NCBI GenBank assembly: GCA_037442105.1
Contig: JBBIQV010000009.1
Coordinates: forward strand, 1 to 64,000
Length of the DNA: 64,000 nucleotides
Reading direction: 5' to 3'
From: Nitrospiraceae bacterium
GTDB lineage: Bacteria > Nitrospirota > Nitrospiria > Nitrospirales > Nitrospiraceae
Part shown: positions 20,297 through 30,169 of the stretch, piece after piece
Layout of the letters: each line of letters opens with the position of its first letter
Position numbering within the stretch: the first letter of the stretch is position 1
The notes under the pieces: generated by a model
What the model saw: the letters and a program-made list of their open reading frames with translations, nothing else
Databases searched by the model: none
What the model was told of the DNA's origin: nothing
Program-made: the position numbers and the translations under genes

Positions 20297-22000
20297 ATGA
20301 AAATGTGGCAGCGCAGTCTCTTGGCCATCTGTGCGCTTGTGGCGCTGTTCGGAGGTGTAGCCTACGCGCAGGCTCCGGGCGCGCCTCCCGTGGAGTTTCC
20401 ATACACGGGGAATCGAACCGCAGTGTGGATCGTTGCCCAGCTCCATATCCTGTTTGCCGCGTTCATTCTGGGGGCTCCGATCTTCGTCGTGATCTCCGAG
20501 TGGTTGGGGTATCGCAAGCAGGATCCCCGCTACGATCGGCTGGCGAAGGAGGTGATCAAGGTCACGGTCATCCTCTACAGCATGACGGCGCTCACCGGCG
20601 GCCTGTTTATTTTCGTGTTGCTGGCGACCTATCCGCAGTTCACTACTTGGCTGATCAATCACTTCTTTATGCTCTTTGCAGTGGTCTATCCGCTGCTGTT
20701 CATCGGGGAAACGATCGTCCTGTACCTCTATTTCTACACGTGGGACGCATGGAAAGGTGACAAGAAAGCGCGGCACATCGCTCTGGGGGTGCTGCTGAAC
20801 ATTATCGGGACGGTCACGCTCTTCGTCATCGACGGCCCGACCTCCTTCATGAACACGCCGGTGAAGGCGGAAGGAATTTCTCCTGCTGAATTTCTTCAGA
20901 CCGCCACGCTGTGGGACAAGATTTTCAACTACAGTTGGATGCCCATGAATCTGCACCGGCTGGTCGGCAATGTGACGTTCGGCGGGTTCATCGCGGGGCT
21001 GATCGCGGCCTATATGTATATGGGAGCCAAGAAGGAAGAAGAACGCGCCTACTATGACTGGATGGGATTCGTGGGGAATCTGATCGGCGTGGGGGCATTG
21101 CTGTTTCTTCCCTTCATGGGCTATCTCCTGGCTTACGAACTCTGCGACTACGATGCCTCGATCTGTCCCTACATGATGGCGGACCAGCTCTCGATGTTCT
21201 TCGAGATGCAGGGCGCCATGATCGGGCTCATCTTCTTGGCCAGCAACTACTATATCTGGCTGAGCATGAAACGCATTGAAGGTGTGGAGCGAGTGCGGAT
21301 GACGATCTTTGCTCCGGTGGTGATGGTGGCGCTGCCTTTCGTGATGACCTACGTCTGGACGATCTTCCCCGTGCCCGATCCGCGGGCACTGGCGGTTCTT
21401 CTCCCGCTCGCACTGGCGCCCGTGGTTCTCGGGCGATTTATTCCGCTGACCGTGTCCTCAAGCACGGTTATTAAGGTGGGATTCCTCATGGTCGTCGTCG
21501 GGGACGCCATCTGGCTGACGCCGCACGGATTTGTGCCGACCGGTGCCAAGTTGGTGGCTGAATTGGAACTGCCGTCGGATTGGAACTTCCTTGCGTTGAT
21601 GCCGGCGAAGAACTCGGCGGCGTTTACGCTGGTCTTTGTCACGGTGGTCAACTACATCATTTACAACCGAGCCATCAGCCAAGGCACGATTGTCTGGGGA
21701 AAGATCGACTTCGCGTCGCAGTTCGTCCTGATCTTCCTCGCGTTCAGCGCGATCTGGACGATGGGGCTTATGGGGGCGGTACGATCGCTGTTGCGGAAAT
21801 ACTTTCACACATACAACTTGCTGCCGGACTTTACCGCCGAGTCGTTTACGCCGACCCTGGCGTATTCGGCCTGGTGGATTACGGGGATCACGGTGATTTT
21901 TTATCTGGTTGTGAGTTTCGCCATCCTGGTGACATTGAGGGCATCGGAGGCCAAAAGTCACGCGCCCGAGGGAAGTCCCGTTCCGGCTGGGGCCAAGTGA
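20297..22000 (+). CDS. Cytochrome bd-like oxidase subunit I (CydA-like) paralog 1
   Basis: Polytopic membrane protein with AQLHILFAAFILG, SFMNTP, NLHRL and MGAVR, all CydA-like motifs. No CydB gene nearby. Confidence 0.85.
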   Translation: MKMWQRSLLAICALVALFGGVAYAQAPGAPPVEFPYTGNRTAVWIVAQLHILFAAFILGAPIFVVISEWLGYRKQDPRYDRLAKEVIKVTVILYSMTALTGGLFIFVLLATYPQFTTWLINHFFMLFAVVYPLLFIGETIVLYLYFYTWDAWKGDKKARHIALGVLLNIIGTVTLFVIDGPTSFMNTPVKAEGISPAEFLQTATLWDKIFNYSWMPMNLHRLVGNVTFGGFIAGLIAAYMYMGAKKEEERAYYDWMGFVGNLIGVGALLFLPFMGYLLAYELCDYDASICPYMMADQLSMFFEMQGAMIGLIFLASNYYIWLSMKRIEGVERVRMTIFAPVVMVALPFVMTYVWTIFPVPDPRALAVLLPLALAPVVLGRFIPLTVSSSTVIKVGFLMVVVGDAIWLTPHGFVPTGAKLVAELELPSDWNFLALMPAKNSAAFTLVFVTVVNYIIYNRAISQGTIVWGKIDFASQFVLIFLAFSAIWTMGLMGAVRSLLRKYFHTYNLLPDFTAESFTPTLAYSAWWITGITVIFYLVVSFAILVTLRASEAKSHAPEGSPVPAGAK

Positions 22001-22041
22001 CCGAAGGGCCGCACAACGCCTGTTGAGGAAAGAGGACGCGC

Positions 22042-22851
22042 ATGGGCAACATGATCAAGAAACTGGTTGTGGGCCTGGTAGTCGGAGGAGTGCTCTTTGG
22101 AGTCACCAAGGCACTGGACTTCCCATCGGTCTTTCAGATGATGTTTGGCGCCTACGCGATATTAGGAGCCGCCGTCTTCATGCTGCTTGACGCACCGTCG
22201 ATCAAACCGATGAGCGGGGTAAAGGCCCTCGGTGCATTGGTGGTCTTTTACGTCGTGCTCTGTGTGGCGTACATCGCCGGTGCCTCGCTTTGGCCGCAAT
22301 ACGATCCGGAGGATGAGAAGGGCAAGATCGCGAAGATTCTCGAGCCGAAACGGAAACTCACGGAGCAGGGGAAAGCCGATGAATTGATCGCTCGCGCCAA
22401 GGCTTTAGATGAGAAGGCGAAGGCACTCGCCGAGCGATTGAAGGCGCTGGGCGGGGATCAGGCGCCTCAAGACCAAGCAGCCGGGGGCGCTGGTGCGCCG
22501 CCTGCGAGCGGAGGGGTCGTCGCCACCGGTGACGTCGCCAAGCTCGGTGAGGAACAGTGGCAGCTCCAGGAATGCTACAACTGCCACAAGCTGAGAGGCG
22601 AGGGCGGGAAAAAGCGAGGGCCCGAGCTGGATAACATCGGCAGCTACCTGACGGTGGATCAGATCAAGCAAAAGATTCTCGATCCCAAGAGCTGGATGGC
22701 CGAGGGATTCGAAAAGGAGTACGAGAAAGGCAAGATGCCGGACAAGTACAAAGATTTGATGGAAGAGAAAGACGTGGTTGTACTTGCGACGTGGCTGGCG
22801 GCATTCAAAAACACTTCGGTGAACACGCCCAAGCCTATCCAAAAGAAGTAG
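22042..22851 (+). CDS. Membrane-anchored monoheme cytochrome c
   Basis: Three N-terminal TM helices, CYNCH, GPELDNIG and KMP. Confidence 0.88.
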   Translation: MGNMIKKLVVGLVVGGVLFGVTKALDFPSVFQMMFGAYAILGAAVFMLLDAPSIKPMSGVKALGALVVFYVVLCVAYIAGASLWPQYDPEDEKGKIAKILEPKRKLTEQGKADELIARAKALDEKAKALAERLKALGGDQAPQDQAAGGAGAPPASGGVVATGDVAKLGEEQWQLQECYNCHKLRGEGGKKRGPELDNIGSYLTVDQIKQKILDPKSWMAEGFEKEYEKGKMPDKYKDLMEEKDVVVLATWLAAFKNTSVNTPKPIQKK

Positions 22852-22852
22852 C

Positions 22853-23794
22853 ATGCAGCAGCCTAAGCTCAAATCCAAAGTCCGCTGTACCGACCGCGAA
22901 GTGGGAGAGGTGACGCGGGTCATCATGGACCCGCTGTCTCATGAGGTCAGCCACATCGTTGTGGGCGGCGACGGCCTTGGCCAGGCAGAGCGCCAAGTGC
23001 CGATGGGCCATGTGCAGAGCGTGACGGATAACTTTGTGGAACTCCGGGCGTCGGCGGTGGAATTCTCCGCCATGCCCTCGTTCCGGCGATGCGACTTCGT
23101 GACCACGCACGAAGTGGAGATCGCGCATCTCGAAGAGCATATCCACGTCACGCCAGGCGAAGTGCTGGTGCCGCTGCCTGAATTGGAGCAGAGCGTCAAA
23201 CGGCGGACCTTTTTTGCGAACCTGACCCACGCGATCGGCTTCTTGATCGGATTGCCGCTGATCCTCCCCGTGTTGCGCTATTTGATGAAGCCTATGTATC
23301 AGCCGTTCGATAACGGCTGGCTTAAGATCGGCAACGTGAGCCGGATCAAGACCGAAGACATCGGGATCCAGTTCAAGTACAAGAAAAAAGTCAAAGAAGC
23401 CTACATGCCCGAGCAAGAGATCGACAAAAATGTCTGGGTTCTGAGGGCCACGCCGGCGGTGCTGGAAAAAGTCTACAAGGGCAAAGACATGGAATTCCGG
23501 GATTCCACCGGCCGCGTGGTCTGGACCAACAAGAAAGAGGTGCCCTATGTGGCTTTCTCCGGCAAGTGCCCGCACCTCGGATGCGGCTACAAGTGGCGGA
23601 CGCATAAGATGCTGGGGCAGGTGTTTCTCTGTCCCTGCCATCTAAGCATCTACGATTCGTCGGGGAAAGTGCTGGACGGGCCGGCGCCGCGCCCGCTCGA
23701 TGCGTTGCCGATTCAGATTTCTGCCGGTGGTGACATCAAGATCATCGACATGGAATTTAAGGCGGGGACGAAAGCGCAAGTCAGGATCGTCTAA
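22853..23794 (+). CDS. Rieske 2Fe-2S subunit with an N-terminal PRC-barrel-like domain
   Basis: CPHLGC and CPCH boxes, GPAPRPL, and an internal twin-arginine KRRTFF before the TM helix. Confidence 0.9.
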   Translation: MQQPKLKSKVRCTDREVGEVTRVIMDPLSHEVSHIVVGGDGLGQAERQVPMGHVQSVTDNFVELRASAVEFSAMPSFRRCDFVTTHEVEIAHLEEHIHVTPGEVLVPLPELEQSVKRRTFFANLTHAIGFLIGLPLILPVLRYLMKPMYQPFDNGWLKIGNVSRIKTEDIGIQFKYKKKVKEAYMPEQEIDKNVWVLRATPAVLEKVYKGKDMEFRDSTGRVVWTNKKEVPYVAFSGKCPHLGCGYKWRTHKMLGQVFLCPCHLSIYDSSGKVLDGPAPRPLDALPIQISAGGDIKIIDMEFKAGTKAQVRIV

Positions 23795-24907
23795 ATGGAC
23801 GCGACACCCTCCACCGACCAGCAGCCGACCGCGCTCGAAAAAGTCATCGCATTTGTCGATGAGCGGGTCGGTCTGAAGACCATCCAGGCGAAGATGCTCA
23901 ATGAGCCCGTACCGGGAGGCTCGCGCTGGGCCTATGTGTTCGGGTCCGTCCTCCTGTTCATTTTCATTATGCAGGCGGTCACTGGCATCCTACTCATGTT
24001 CTATTATGTGCCGACGGCGGACCACGCCTATGCGAGCACCCAGTACATCATTCACGAAGTGGATTATGGCTGGTTCCTGTTGAGCTACCACTTTTGGGGC
24101 TCTACGGCGATGGTGGTCTGCGTCTTCGCGCACATGTCACAGGTGTTCCTCTGGGGAGCCTATAAGAAGCCGCGCGAAATGATCTGGCTCGTTGGATTGG
24201 CACTCTTCGGCATCGTCATGGGCTTCGGTTTCACCGGCTATCTGTTGCCGTGGGATCAGCGAGCTTACTGGGCTACCACGGTCGGCGTGGAGATTATGGA
24301 TAAGACGCCGATCCTCGGCGATTTTATGGCTCGTTTTCTGAAGGGGGGACCGACTCCTGGACAGATGACGTTGAGCCGGTTTTTCGTGATCCATGTGATG
24401 ATTTTGCCTGCGGCCTTGATGGGCTTGGCCGGACTGCACGTGTTCCTTTTCCGCACGGCCGGGCCAGCAGGACCGTTTCGGGGTACTCCGGAAGAGCTGA
24501 AGGCGAAAACGGACTACTTCTTCCCCAGGCAGATATGGAAGGACATCGTAGCGATGGGTGCGGTGTTCCTCACAATCTGCAGTCTGGCTTTTTGGGAGCC
24601 GGTCGTGCTGCTCGAGGAGGCGACGCCGGACCCTGGCGACTACCACCCGGAGCCCGAATGGTATTTCCTATTTCTCTTTCAGTTGTTGCGTCTGAAAATC
24701 TTTGCCGGCGAGTTCGGCCAGTTCTTGGGAGCGATCGCATTGCCCGGAGCCTTCATGGCGCTCCTGGCCGCGCTGCCGTTCATTGATCGAAACCCGGAGC
24801 GCAATATCTTCAAGCGGCCGATCGCGTTGATCGGATGGATTGTCGTGATGACGTCGATCCTCATCTTCACGGTTTCCGCGATCATCAACCGGGAATTTTT
24901 GGAATGA
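23795..24907 (+). CDS. Cytochrome b of a bc-type complex
   Basis: Heme-ligating His residues, GFTGYLLPWDQRAYW and the PEWY Qo motif. Confidence 0.93.
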   Translation: MDATPSTDQQPTALEKVIAFVDERVGLKTIQAKMLNEPVPGGSRWAYVFGSVLLFIFIMQAVTGILLMFYYVPTADHAYASTQYIIHEVDYGWFLLSYHFWGSTAMVVCVFAHMSQVFLWGAYKKPREMIWLVGLALFGIVMGFGFTGYLLPWDQRAYWATTVGVEIMDKTPILGDFMARFLKGGPTPGQMTLSRFFVIHVMILPAALMGLAGLHVFLFRTAGPAGPFRGTPEELKAKTDYFFPRQIWKDIVAMGAVFLTICSLAFWEPVVLLEEATPDPGDYHPEPEWYFLFLFQLLRLKIFAGEFGQFLGAIALPGAFMALLAALPFIDRNPERNIFKRPIALIGWIVVMTSILIFTVSAIINREFLE

Positions 24908-24919
24908 CAGGCGAGGGGC

Positions 24920-25990
24920 ATGGCTGATCAGACTGCAACCACGTCTCCAGTGAAGCTAGGCCTCTCCGTGCTCTGGCCCGCGTTCTGGACTGCCTTGCCT
25001 ATCAAGCTGGTCTTTGTCCTACTGGTGCTTGCCACGGGGATGATGCAGGTAGAGGCCAAGGCGGGTGTGGCCTTTCTTCTCCTTCTCGCAAGCCCCGTGA
25101 CGGTCGGAGCTTATCCCACACTGACGTCTGCATTGGACGTGCATGTCGCCGAAGGCGTTGGCCTGGCCCTACTGTTTCTGCTCTCGATTCCCATCGATAT
25201 CTGGGCGCTTGGCTTGGTGGGACGAACCGTGTTTCTGGAACGTCTCCGCGCTCAGCCTCCCGATCGGCTTGGCCTGATCCTGTGGGGACAGTCTGCATTA
25301 ATCGGAGCCATCTATCTCCCGCTTCTCTGGTTCATCGAGGGAATAGTCACGGACACAGCGAAGTCGATCACGCACTTGATTATGGAGCTGGAACTGCTCA
25401 AAGCGTTCCCGGTGGCGGAACGAATCAGCGTAGAACTGGCGCTGTGGGGGAGCGTATCAGCCGTGACATTGCTGGCGCTGCTTCTCTTCGGACTGTGGCT
25501 CGTCGGCCGCTTCGTCGTAATGAGACAGGCTGCAAAGGCTGCTCCAGCGTCCGAGACCTATCAAGCGTTGGTCTCCCGCTGGGATCTCATGCGGGTCCCA
25601 GCCGACCAGGGGCTCACATTAACAGCGTTCACCGGCACCGGCGTTCTGCTCGGCCTGCTGTTCTGGGCCGCGTTGCCGGTCACAACCCCGCATCCCCATG
25701 AGTCTTATAAGCAGCCGGCGGCCAAGGTTGAGCCTCCGTTCAAGCCGATTGAGGTGTTGAACAAGTCAGAGAAAGTCTTGACTCAAGCCGAGGCGGCCGT
25801 CGACGCACTTGAGAAGAAAGCAGAAGAGGACGCGCAGATCAAGGGCAAGGGCGGGAAAGACAATGCGGCGGGCAAAGATGCGGGTGCGGCAAAGAGGGCT
25901 CCGGCCACGGCTCCGGTGAAGCCGGCAGCGGCAGCGGCTCCGGCCACGGCGAAAGTTGCCCCGTCTGCTCCTCAAAGCGAGAAACAGTAA
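24920..25990 (+). CDS. Hypothetical polytopic membrane protein of the oxidase cluster
   Basis: Several TM helices, a PHPH motif and an Ala/Lys/Pro-rich tail. Operonic spacing. Confidence 0.8.
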   Translation: MADQTATTSPVKLGLSVLWPAFWTALPIKLVFVLLVLATGMMQVEAKAGVAFLLLLASPVTVGAYPTLTSALDVHVAEGVGLALLFLLSIPIDIWALGLVGRTVFLERLRAQPPDRLGLILWGQSALIGAIYLPLLWFIEGIVTDTAKSITHLIMELELLKAFPVAERISVELALWGSVSAVTLLALLLFGLWLVGRFVVMRQAAKAAPASETYQALVSRWDLMRVPADQGLTLTAFTGTGVLLGLLFWAALPVTTPHPHESYKQPAAKVEPPFKPIEVLNKSEKVLTQAEAAVDALEKKAEEDAQIKGKGGKDNAAGKDAGAAKRAPATAPVKPAAAAAPATAKVAPSAPQSEKQ

Positions 25991-26015
25991 CCTGGGCGAA
26001 GGTGAGGTGAGCTTC

Positions 26016-27869
26016 ATGGTGCACCAGGGCGGGTTCCTCACAAGGATGATGAGTTCAATCGCAGGGCGGACCGGCCTCGTGGCCGCCTGCTTGATGGCGG
26101 CAGGTTTGCTTGGTTTCCCCTCGCTCGGTCTGGCGGAGGATGCGACCGCCTCTGCCGTGGCCTACCGCGATATTCCCGGTATCGGCAGTCGGAATCTCAT
26201 CTGGGTGATTGCGCAACTTCATTTACTGTTGGCGGGCTTCGTCTTGGGCGTGCCGATCTTCGCGTGGCTCTGCGAAGTCGTCGGGTGGAAAACCGGAGAA
26301 AAGCGGTACGACAAGCTGGCGAAAGAATTTACCAAGCTACTTACGTCGTCCTACGCAACGACGGCGTTGTTCGGAGGGATCCTGCTGTTTCTGTTGATCG
26401 GCTTCTATCCGAAGCTGATGGCGTACCTGACCGATATCTTTTTCCCCTCGTTTCTCGTCTATTGTCTTCTCTTTCTTCTGGAGACGGCCACGCTTTATCT
26501 CTATTGGTATGGGTGGGACGCGATGGCCGAAGACGGGAAGAAGGGATTCCACCTGTTCTTGGGTTTCCTGCTGAACGTCTTCGCCTTCTTCATCATGATC
26601 GTGCCGAACTCCTGGGCCACATTCCAAGCGAGCCCGGTGGTGATTTCCGAAGGGACCGATTTTGCGCGGGCCTGGGCCGCAACCTGGAATCCAACCTGGT
26701 GGCCGGTCAACATTCATCGGCTAATCGCCAACGTCGTGCTCGGCGGCTATATGTGCGGCGCGTATGCCGGTATCCGCTATCTTGCGGCGAGGGGCTCGGA
26801 GGAGCGGGAACATTATGACTGGATGGGATACGTCGGCAATTTCATCGGCGTCTTCGGCCTCTTACCGCTGCCCTTCGCCGGTTATTGGCTCATGCGCGAG
26901 ATCTATCAGTACAATCAGCAGATGGGTATTACCCTGATGGGTGGATTCCTGTCGTGGCTGTTTATCCTGCAGGCCATGTTAATCGGTGTGCTGTTCCTCG
27001 GCTCGAACTATTACTTCTGGCTCGGCATCACGCACCGGATCCCCGGCTCGGAAATGAAGTACAAGAAGCCTATTATGGCGATGCTGATCATCCTGCTGCT
27101 CTGCCTAGGCGTGTGGATGACGCCGCACTCCTTGGTTGCGAGTCTGGAGGAAGCCAGAAAGATGGGAGGCACGCATCACCCGCTGCTAGGTGTCTTCGGC
27201 GTCATGTCGGCAAAGATGACGGTAGCGAACCTCATGATCCTCGTCACCTTCATGAGCTTCATCATGTACTGGCGCGCGGGTAAGGAAGAGACCGCCACTT
27301 GGGCCAAGTTGGCCAAGGCCGTGATGGGAGCCGTCCTCGTTATTGCGGGAATCGTCGTCGTGGTGCTCGGCATCTGGGGCTATTTCGTTCCGGCCATTGT
27401 CAGGATCAACTACTTCTCGACGTCCCAGGTGTTGATCGTCCTTTTCGTCATGCTTACGATCACGCCGTTGACGGCACTCCTCTTGAAGAGCGCGAGGACG
27501 ACGACCGAAATGGTGTGGGGCAAGATGCCGCCGCGTGCCGGCTACGCGCTTGTCCTGAACGCCGTGATGGTCATCTTGCTGATGACCCTGATGGGATATG
27601 CGCGGTCCTCATCTCGCGTGCATTGGCACATCTATGGCGTCATGCGCGACTCCTCGCAGTATGCTTATTCACCGGCACTGGGCTATGCTGCCGTGCTCAT
27701 GGCGTTGTGTACCTTCCTCTTCTGTATGCTGGTCGCCTTCATCTTCTGGGTTGCCACGATGGGGGATAAGGCGAAAGCCGGCGGAGGGGGGCATTCGATC
27801 AAAGGCGAATTGCCTCATGGGACTGTACCAGCGATGGCGGGCGGATCGCCGGGCTTCGATAAGAGCTGA
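26016..27869 (+). CDS. Cytochrome bd-like oxidase subunit I (CydA-like) paralog 2, with extra His residues
   Basis: AQLHLLLAGFVLG, NIHRL, WMTPH..GGTHHP and MGYARS..VHWHI. GAGGTG RBS. Confidence 0.85.
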   Translation: MVHQGGFLTRMMSSIAGRTGLVAACLMAAGLLGFPSLGLAEDATASAVAYRDIPGIGSRNLIWVIAQLHLLLAGFVLGVPIFAWLCEVVGWKTGEKRYDKLAKEFTKLLTSSYATTALFGGILLFLLIGFYPKLMAYLTDIFFPSFLVYCLLFLLETATLYLYWYGWDAMAEDGKKGFHLFLGFLLNVFAFFIMIVPNSWATFQASPVVISEGTDFARAWAATWNPTWWPVNIHRLIANVVLGGYMCGAYAGIRYLAARGSEEREHYDWMGYVGNFIGVFGLLPLPFAGYWLMREIYQYNQQMGITLMGGFLSWLFILQAMLIGVLFLGSNYYFWLGITHRIPGSEMKYKKPIMAMLIILLLCLGVWMTPHSLVASLEEARKMGGTHHPLLGVFGVMSAKMTVANLMILVTFMSFIMYWRAGKEETATWAKLAKAVMGAVLVIAGIVVVVLGIWGYFVPAIVRINYFSTSQVLIVLFVMLTITPLTALLLKSARTTTEMVWGKMPPRAGYALVLNAVMVILLMTLMGYARSSSRVHWHIYGVMRDSSQYAYSPALGYAAVLMALCTFLFCMLVAFIFWVATMGDKAKAGGGGHSIKGELPHGTVPAMAGGSPGFDKS

Positions 27870-27903
27870 TAGCAAATAGCTGATAGCTTTCAAACGAGGA
27901 CTT

Positions 27904-28527
27904 ATGAGCGAAGTCGCATTCCTACAATTGGTCGGCCTGAGCGTGGTGGGGACGGGAGTCGTCATCCTGCTCTTCATCGGGGCCCAGTTCGTTCGTGTCA
28001 TCGGATTCGTCGCGATCGTGCTGGGGCTCTTTTCCCTGGTCGCGTTGTCGGTGCCACAGATGGCGTCTTTGCCGCCGGCGGAAGAGAAGTTCGACGTCTC
28101 CACCATCAAGACCGCGGCGGACATGGCGGCGATCGGGCAGAAGATATTCTTCAGCAAAGGTCAGTGCGCGCTCTGCCACTCGATCGGGCCGAGCGAATCG
28201 GCCCGCTGTCCCGACCTGAAGGGTATCGGCGCCAAACTGACCCGTGAATTTATTTTTGAGAGTCTCACGCAGCCGCAGGCGTACATTTATCTGGACTTTC
28301 GCCACGAAGGACCGCCCAAAGAATACCCGGCCCGCATGCCATACATTAATAAGAACCCGATTGGGCTGTCGAAAAATGAAATCCTGTCGGTGATCGCCTT
28401 CCTGCAACAGATGAGCGGCGAACCGATCACGGTAAGTCCATCGGAGATTGAAGCTCCGACGCCCGTTTCACCGGCGCCGACTAAGTCGGCGGAAACCGCG
28501 CCGGTCGCACTGGTGCAAGTGCGCTGA
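27904..28527 (+). CDS. Membrane-anchored monoheme cytochrome c
   Basis: Two TM helices, CALCH and RMP. Confidence 0.88.
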   Translation: MSEVAFLQLVGLSVVGTGVVILLFIGAQFVRVIGFVAIVLGLFSLVALSVPQMASLPPAEEKFDVSTIKTAADMAAIGQKIFFSKGQCALCHSIGPSESARCPDLKGIGAKLTREFIFESLTQPQAYIYLDFRHEGPPKEYPARMPYINKNPIGLSKNEILSVIAFLQQMSGEPITVSPSEIEAPTPVSPAPTKSAETAPVALVQVR

Positions 28528-28595
28528 CCGGATGCGGAAAAACGAGGCACAAGCCTGACCGTAGTTTGAGTCAGACCATGAGAGCAGGAGGAACC

Positions 28596-29309
28596 ATGGG
28601 CGGTGCACTGCTGAGGCCGATCATCATCATCGCGGCGATGTATGTCTTCCTGAAATTCGGGATGCCGTTGTTCACGGCGCCGCTTCCTGCCAGCTTGATC
28701 TTCCTCTACATCGCGCTGACGGCGACCGGAATCGTCATTTTGCAGACGCTCAGCGGCGAGTCGAAGGATGCCTTCTTTGGCCCCATCTTTCGGTTCCTGA
28801 GCGGAGAGAACATCGGGGCTCTTCAGGCCGCACGCTATGCCGTCCTGGTCCTCTTCCCCTTGCTCGTCGGCTGGCAGACATTCACCAGCACGGCGCCCAG
28901 TGACGAGCCACCGGCGGAGAATCGGACCATCCATCCGGCGCCGCCTGGTGAATATACAGGTTTATCGAATCCCGTGGCCAAGACGCCCGACAATATTATG
29001 CAAGGGAAGGGGTTCTACGCGGCCTTCTGTTCACCTTGTCACGGCGGAAATTTCGACGGAAAAGGACCGGCGGCACGAGGGTTCAATCCACCTCCCGCGA
29101 ATTTCTCAGACCCGACGACGATCGCGATGTTGCAGGAAAGCTACCTGTTCTGGCGGATCAAGAAAGGGGGAGTGGGATTGCCGATCGAGGGCATGCCGTG
29201 GAAGTCCGCGATGCCACGTTGGGAGGTTGAACTCCCGGACGAATGGATTTGGAAAATCATCATGGGTGAGTATGACGGAGCCCATCAATCTCCGAGGACG
29301 TGGGAGTAA
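28596..29309 (+). CDS. Membrane-anchored monoheme cytochrome c
   Basis: Three TM helices, CSPCH and SAMP. GGAGG RBS. Confidence 0.88.
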   Translation: MGGALLRPIIIIAAMYVFLKFGMPLFTAPLPASLIFLYIALTATGIVILQTLSGESKDAFFGPIFRFLSGENIGALQAARYAVLVLFPLLVGWQTFTSTAPSDEPPAENRTIHPAPPGEYTGLSNPVAKTPDNIMQGKGFYAAFCSPCHGGNFDGKGPAARGFNPPPANFSDPTTIAMLQESYLFWRIKKGGVGLPIEGMPWKSAMPRWEVELPDEWIWKIIMGEYDGAHQSPRTWE

Positions 29310-29332
29310 CCATCAGTAGTCACGAGGCGCGT

Positions 29333-30169
29333 ATGACACGGGTGATGCAGGAACACGCAACGTGGTTCGGGATCGGGGCGGCCGGTGTGCTGTGCACGCT
29401 TCTGCTGGCAGGCACAACAGAAAGCTTCGCCCAAGAGAGCGTCGCGGTTCGCGCCGTGATGGTGAAAGGGGCGTTGCCGGTTGACGATCCCGGCGCCGCC
29501 GCTTGGAACAGCGCGCCGCAGGCTCAGTTCCCCATGTCGCCGCAGGTTCACTGGCAGAATCGGATTCAGGAAGTGACCGTCAAGGATTTGAAAGTCCGTG
29601 CTATGAACGACGGAAAACAGGTCGCGGTACTGTTGGAGTATGCCGATCCCACCGAAGATCCGGCCGATGCCGCTGCGTTGGAATTCATGGTTGGGGACAA
29701 AAAAGCCCACTTCGCCCATGGCCAGCCGATGGCGCAAGTCGAAGGCGGTCCGGTCAATATCTGGTTTTGGAGAAACAAAGACGGCAAAGCCGTCGACATG
29801 AACGCCCAGGGATTCGGCACGCTCAAGGCCCAGTCCCATCAAGACGTGACGGCCAAGGGCGTCTATGCCAACGGGACGTGGAAGGTCGTGTTCTCACGCA
29901 GCCTTGCGACCGACCATCCCGATGAGGATACGCAGTTGAAGCCGGGCGAGTTCGTCAATATCGCCTTTGCGGTCTGGGATGGCAGGAAGGATGCCGCAGG
30001 GGATCTCGTGGAGAAGGGGTCGCAAAAGGCCGTGTCCTCCTGGTGGTATTTCCGCGCTGAACCTCCGCCCGATTACTCGGCGTATCTATATGCCGCGTTA
30101 GCGGTTGGGCTGGCAGTCGGATTCCAATTCGTCCTGATTAGGAAACTGAAGAAAGGGCAGTCGGCATGA
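29333..30169 (+). CDS. Ethylbenzene dehydrogenase gamma-like (EbdC/NxrC-like) heme b protein
   Basis: DAAALEF, PVNIWFW, WKVVFSRSL and AFAVWDG...K motifs. Signal peptide and C-terminal TM helix. Confidence 0.85.
   Translation: MTRVMQEHATWFGIGAAGVLCTLLLAGTTESFAQESVAVRAVMVKGALPVDDPGAAAWNSAPQAQFPMSPQVHWQNRIQEVTVKDLKVRAMNDGKQVAVLLEYADPTEDPADAAALEFMVGDKKAHFAHGQPMAQVEGGPVNIWFWRNKDGKAVDMNAQGFGTLKAQSHQDVTAKGVYANGTWKVVFSRSLATDHPDEDTQLKPGEFVNIAFAVWDGRKDAAGDLVEKGSQKAVSSWWYFRAEPPPDYSAYLYAALAVGLAVGFQFVLIRKLKKGQSA

Noticed and set aside
25895..25952. Direct repeat GGCTCCGGCCACGGC and Ala/Pro-rich tails (also 20140-20228)
   Set aside because: These are ordinary low-complexity protein linkers.
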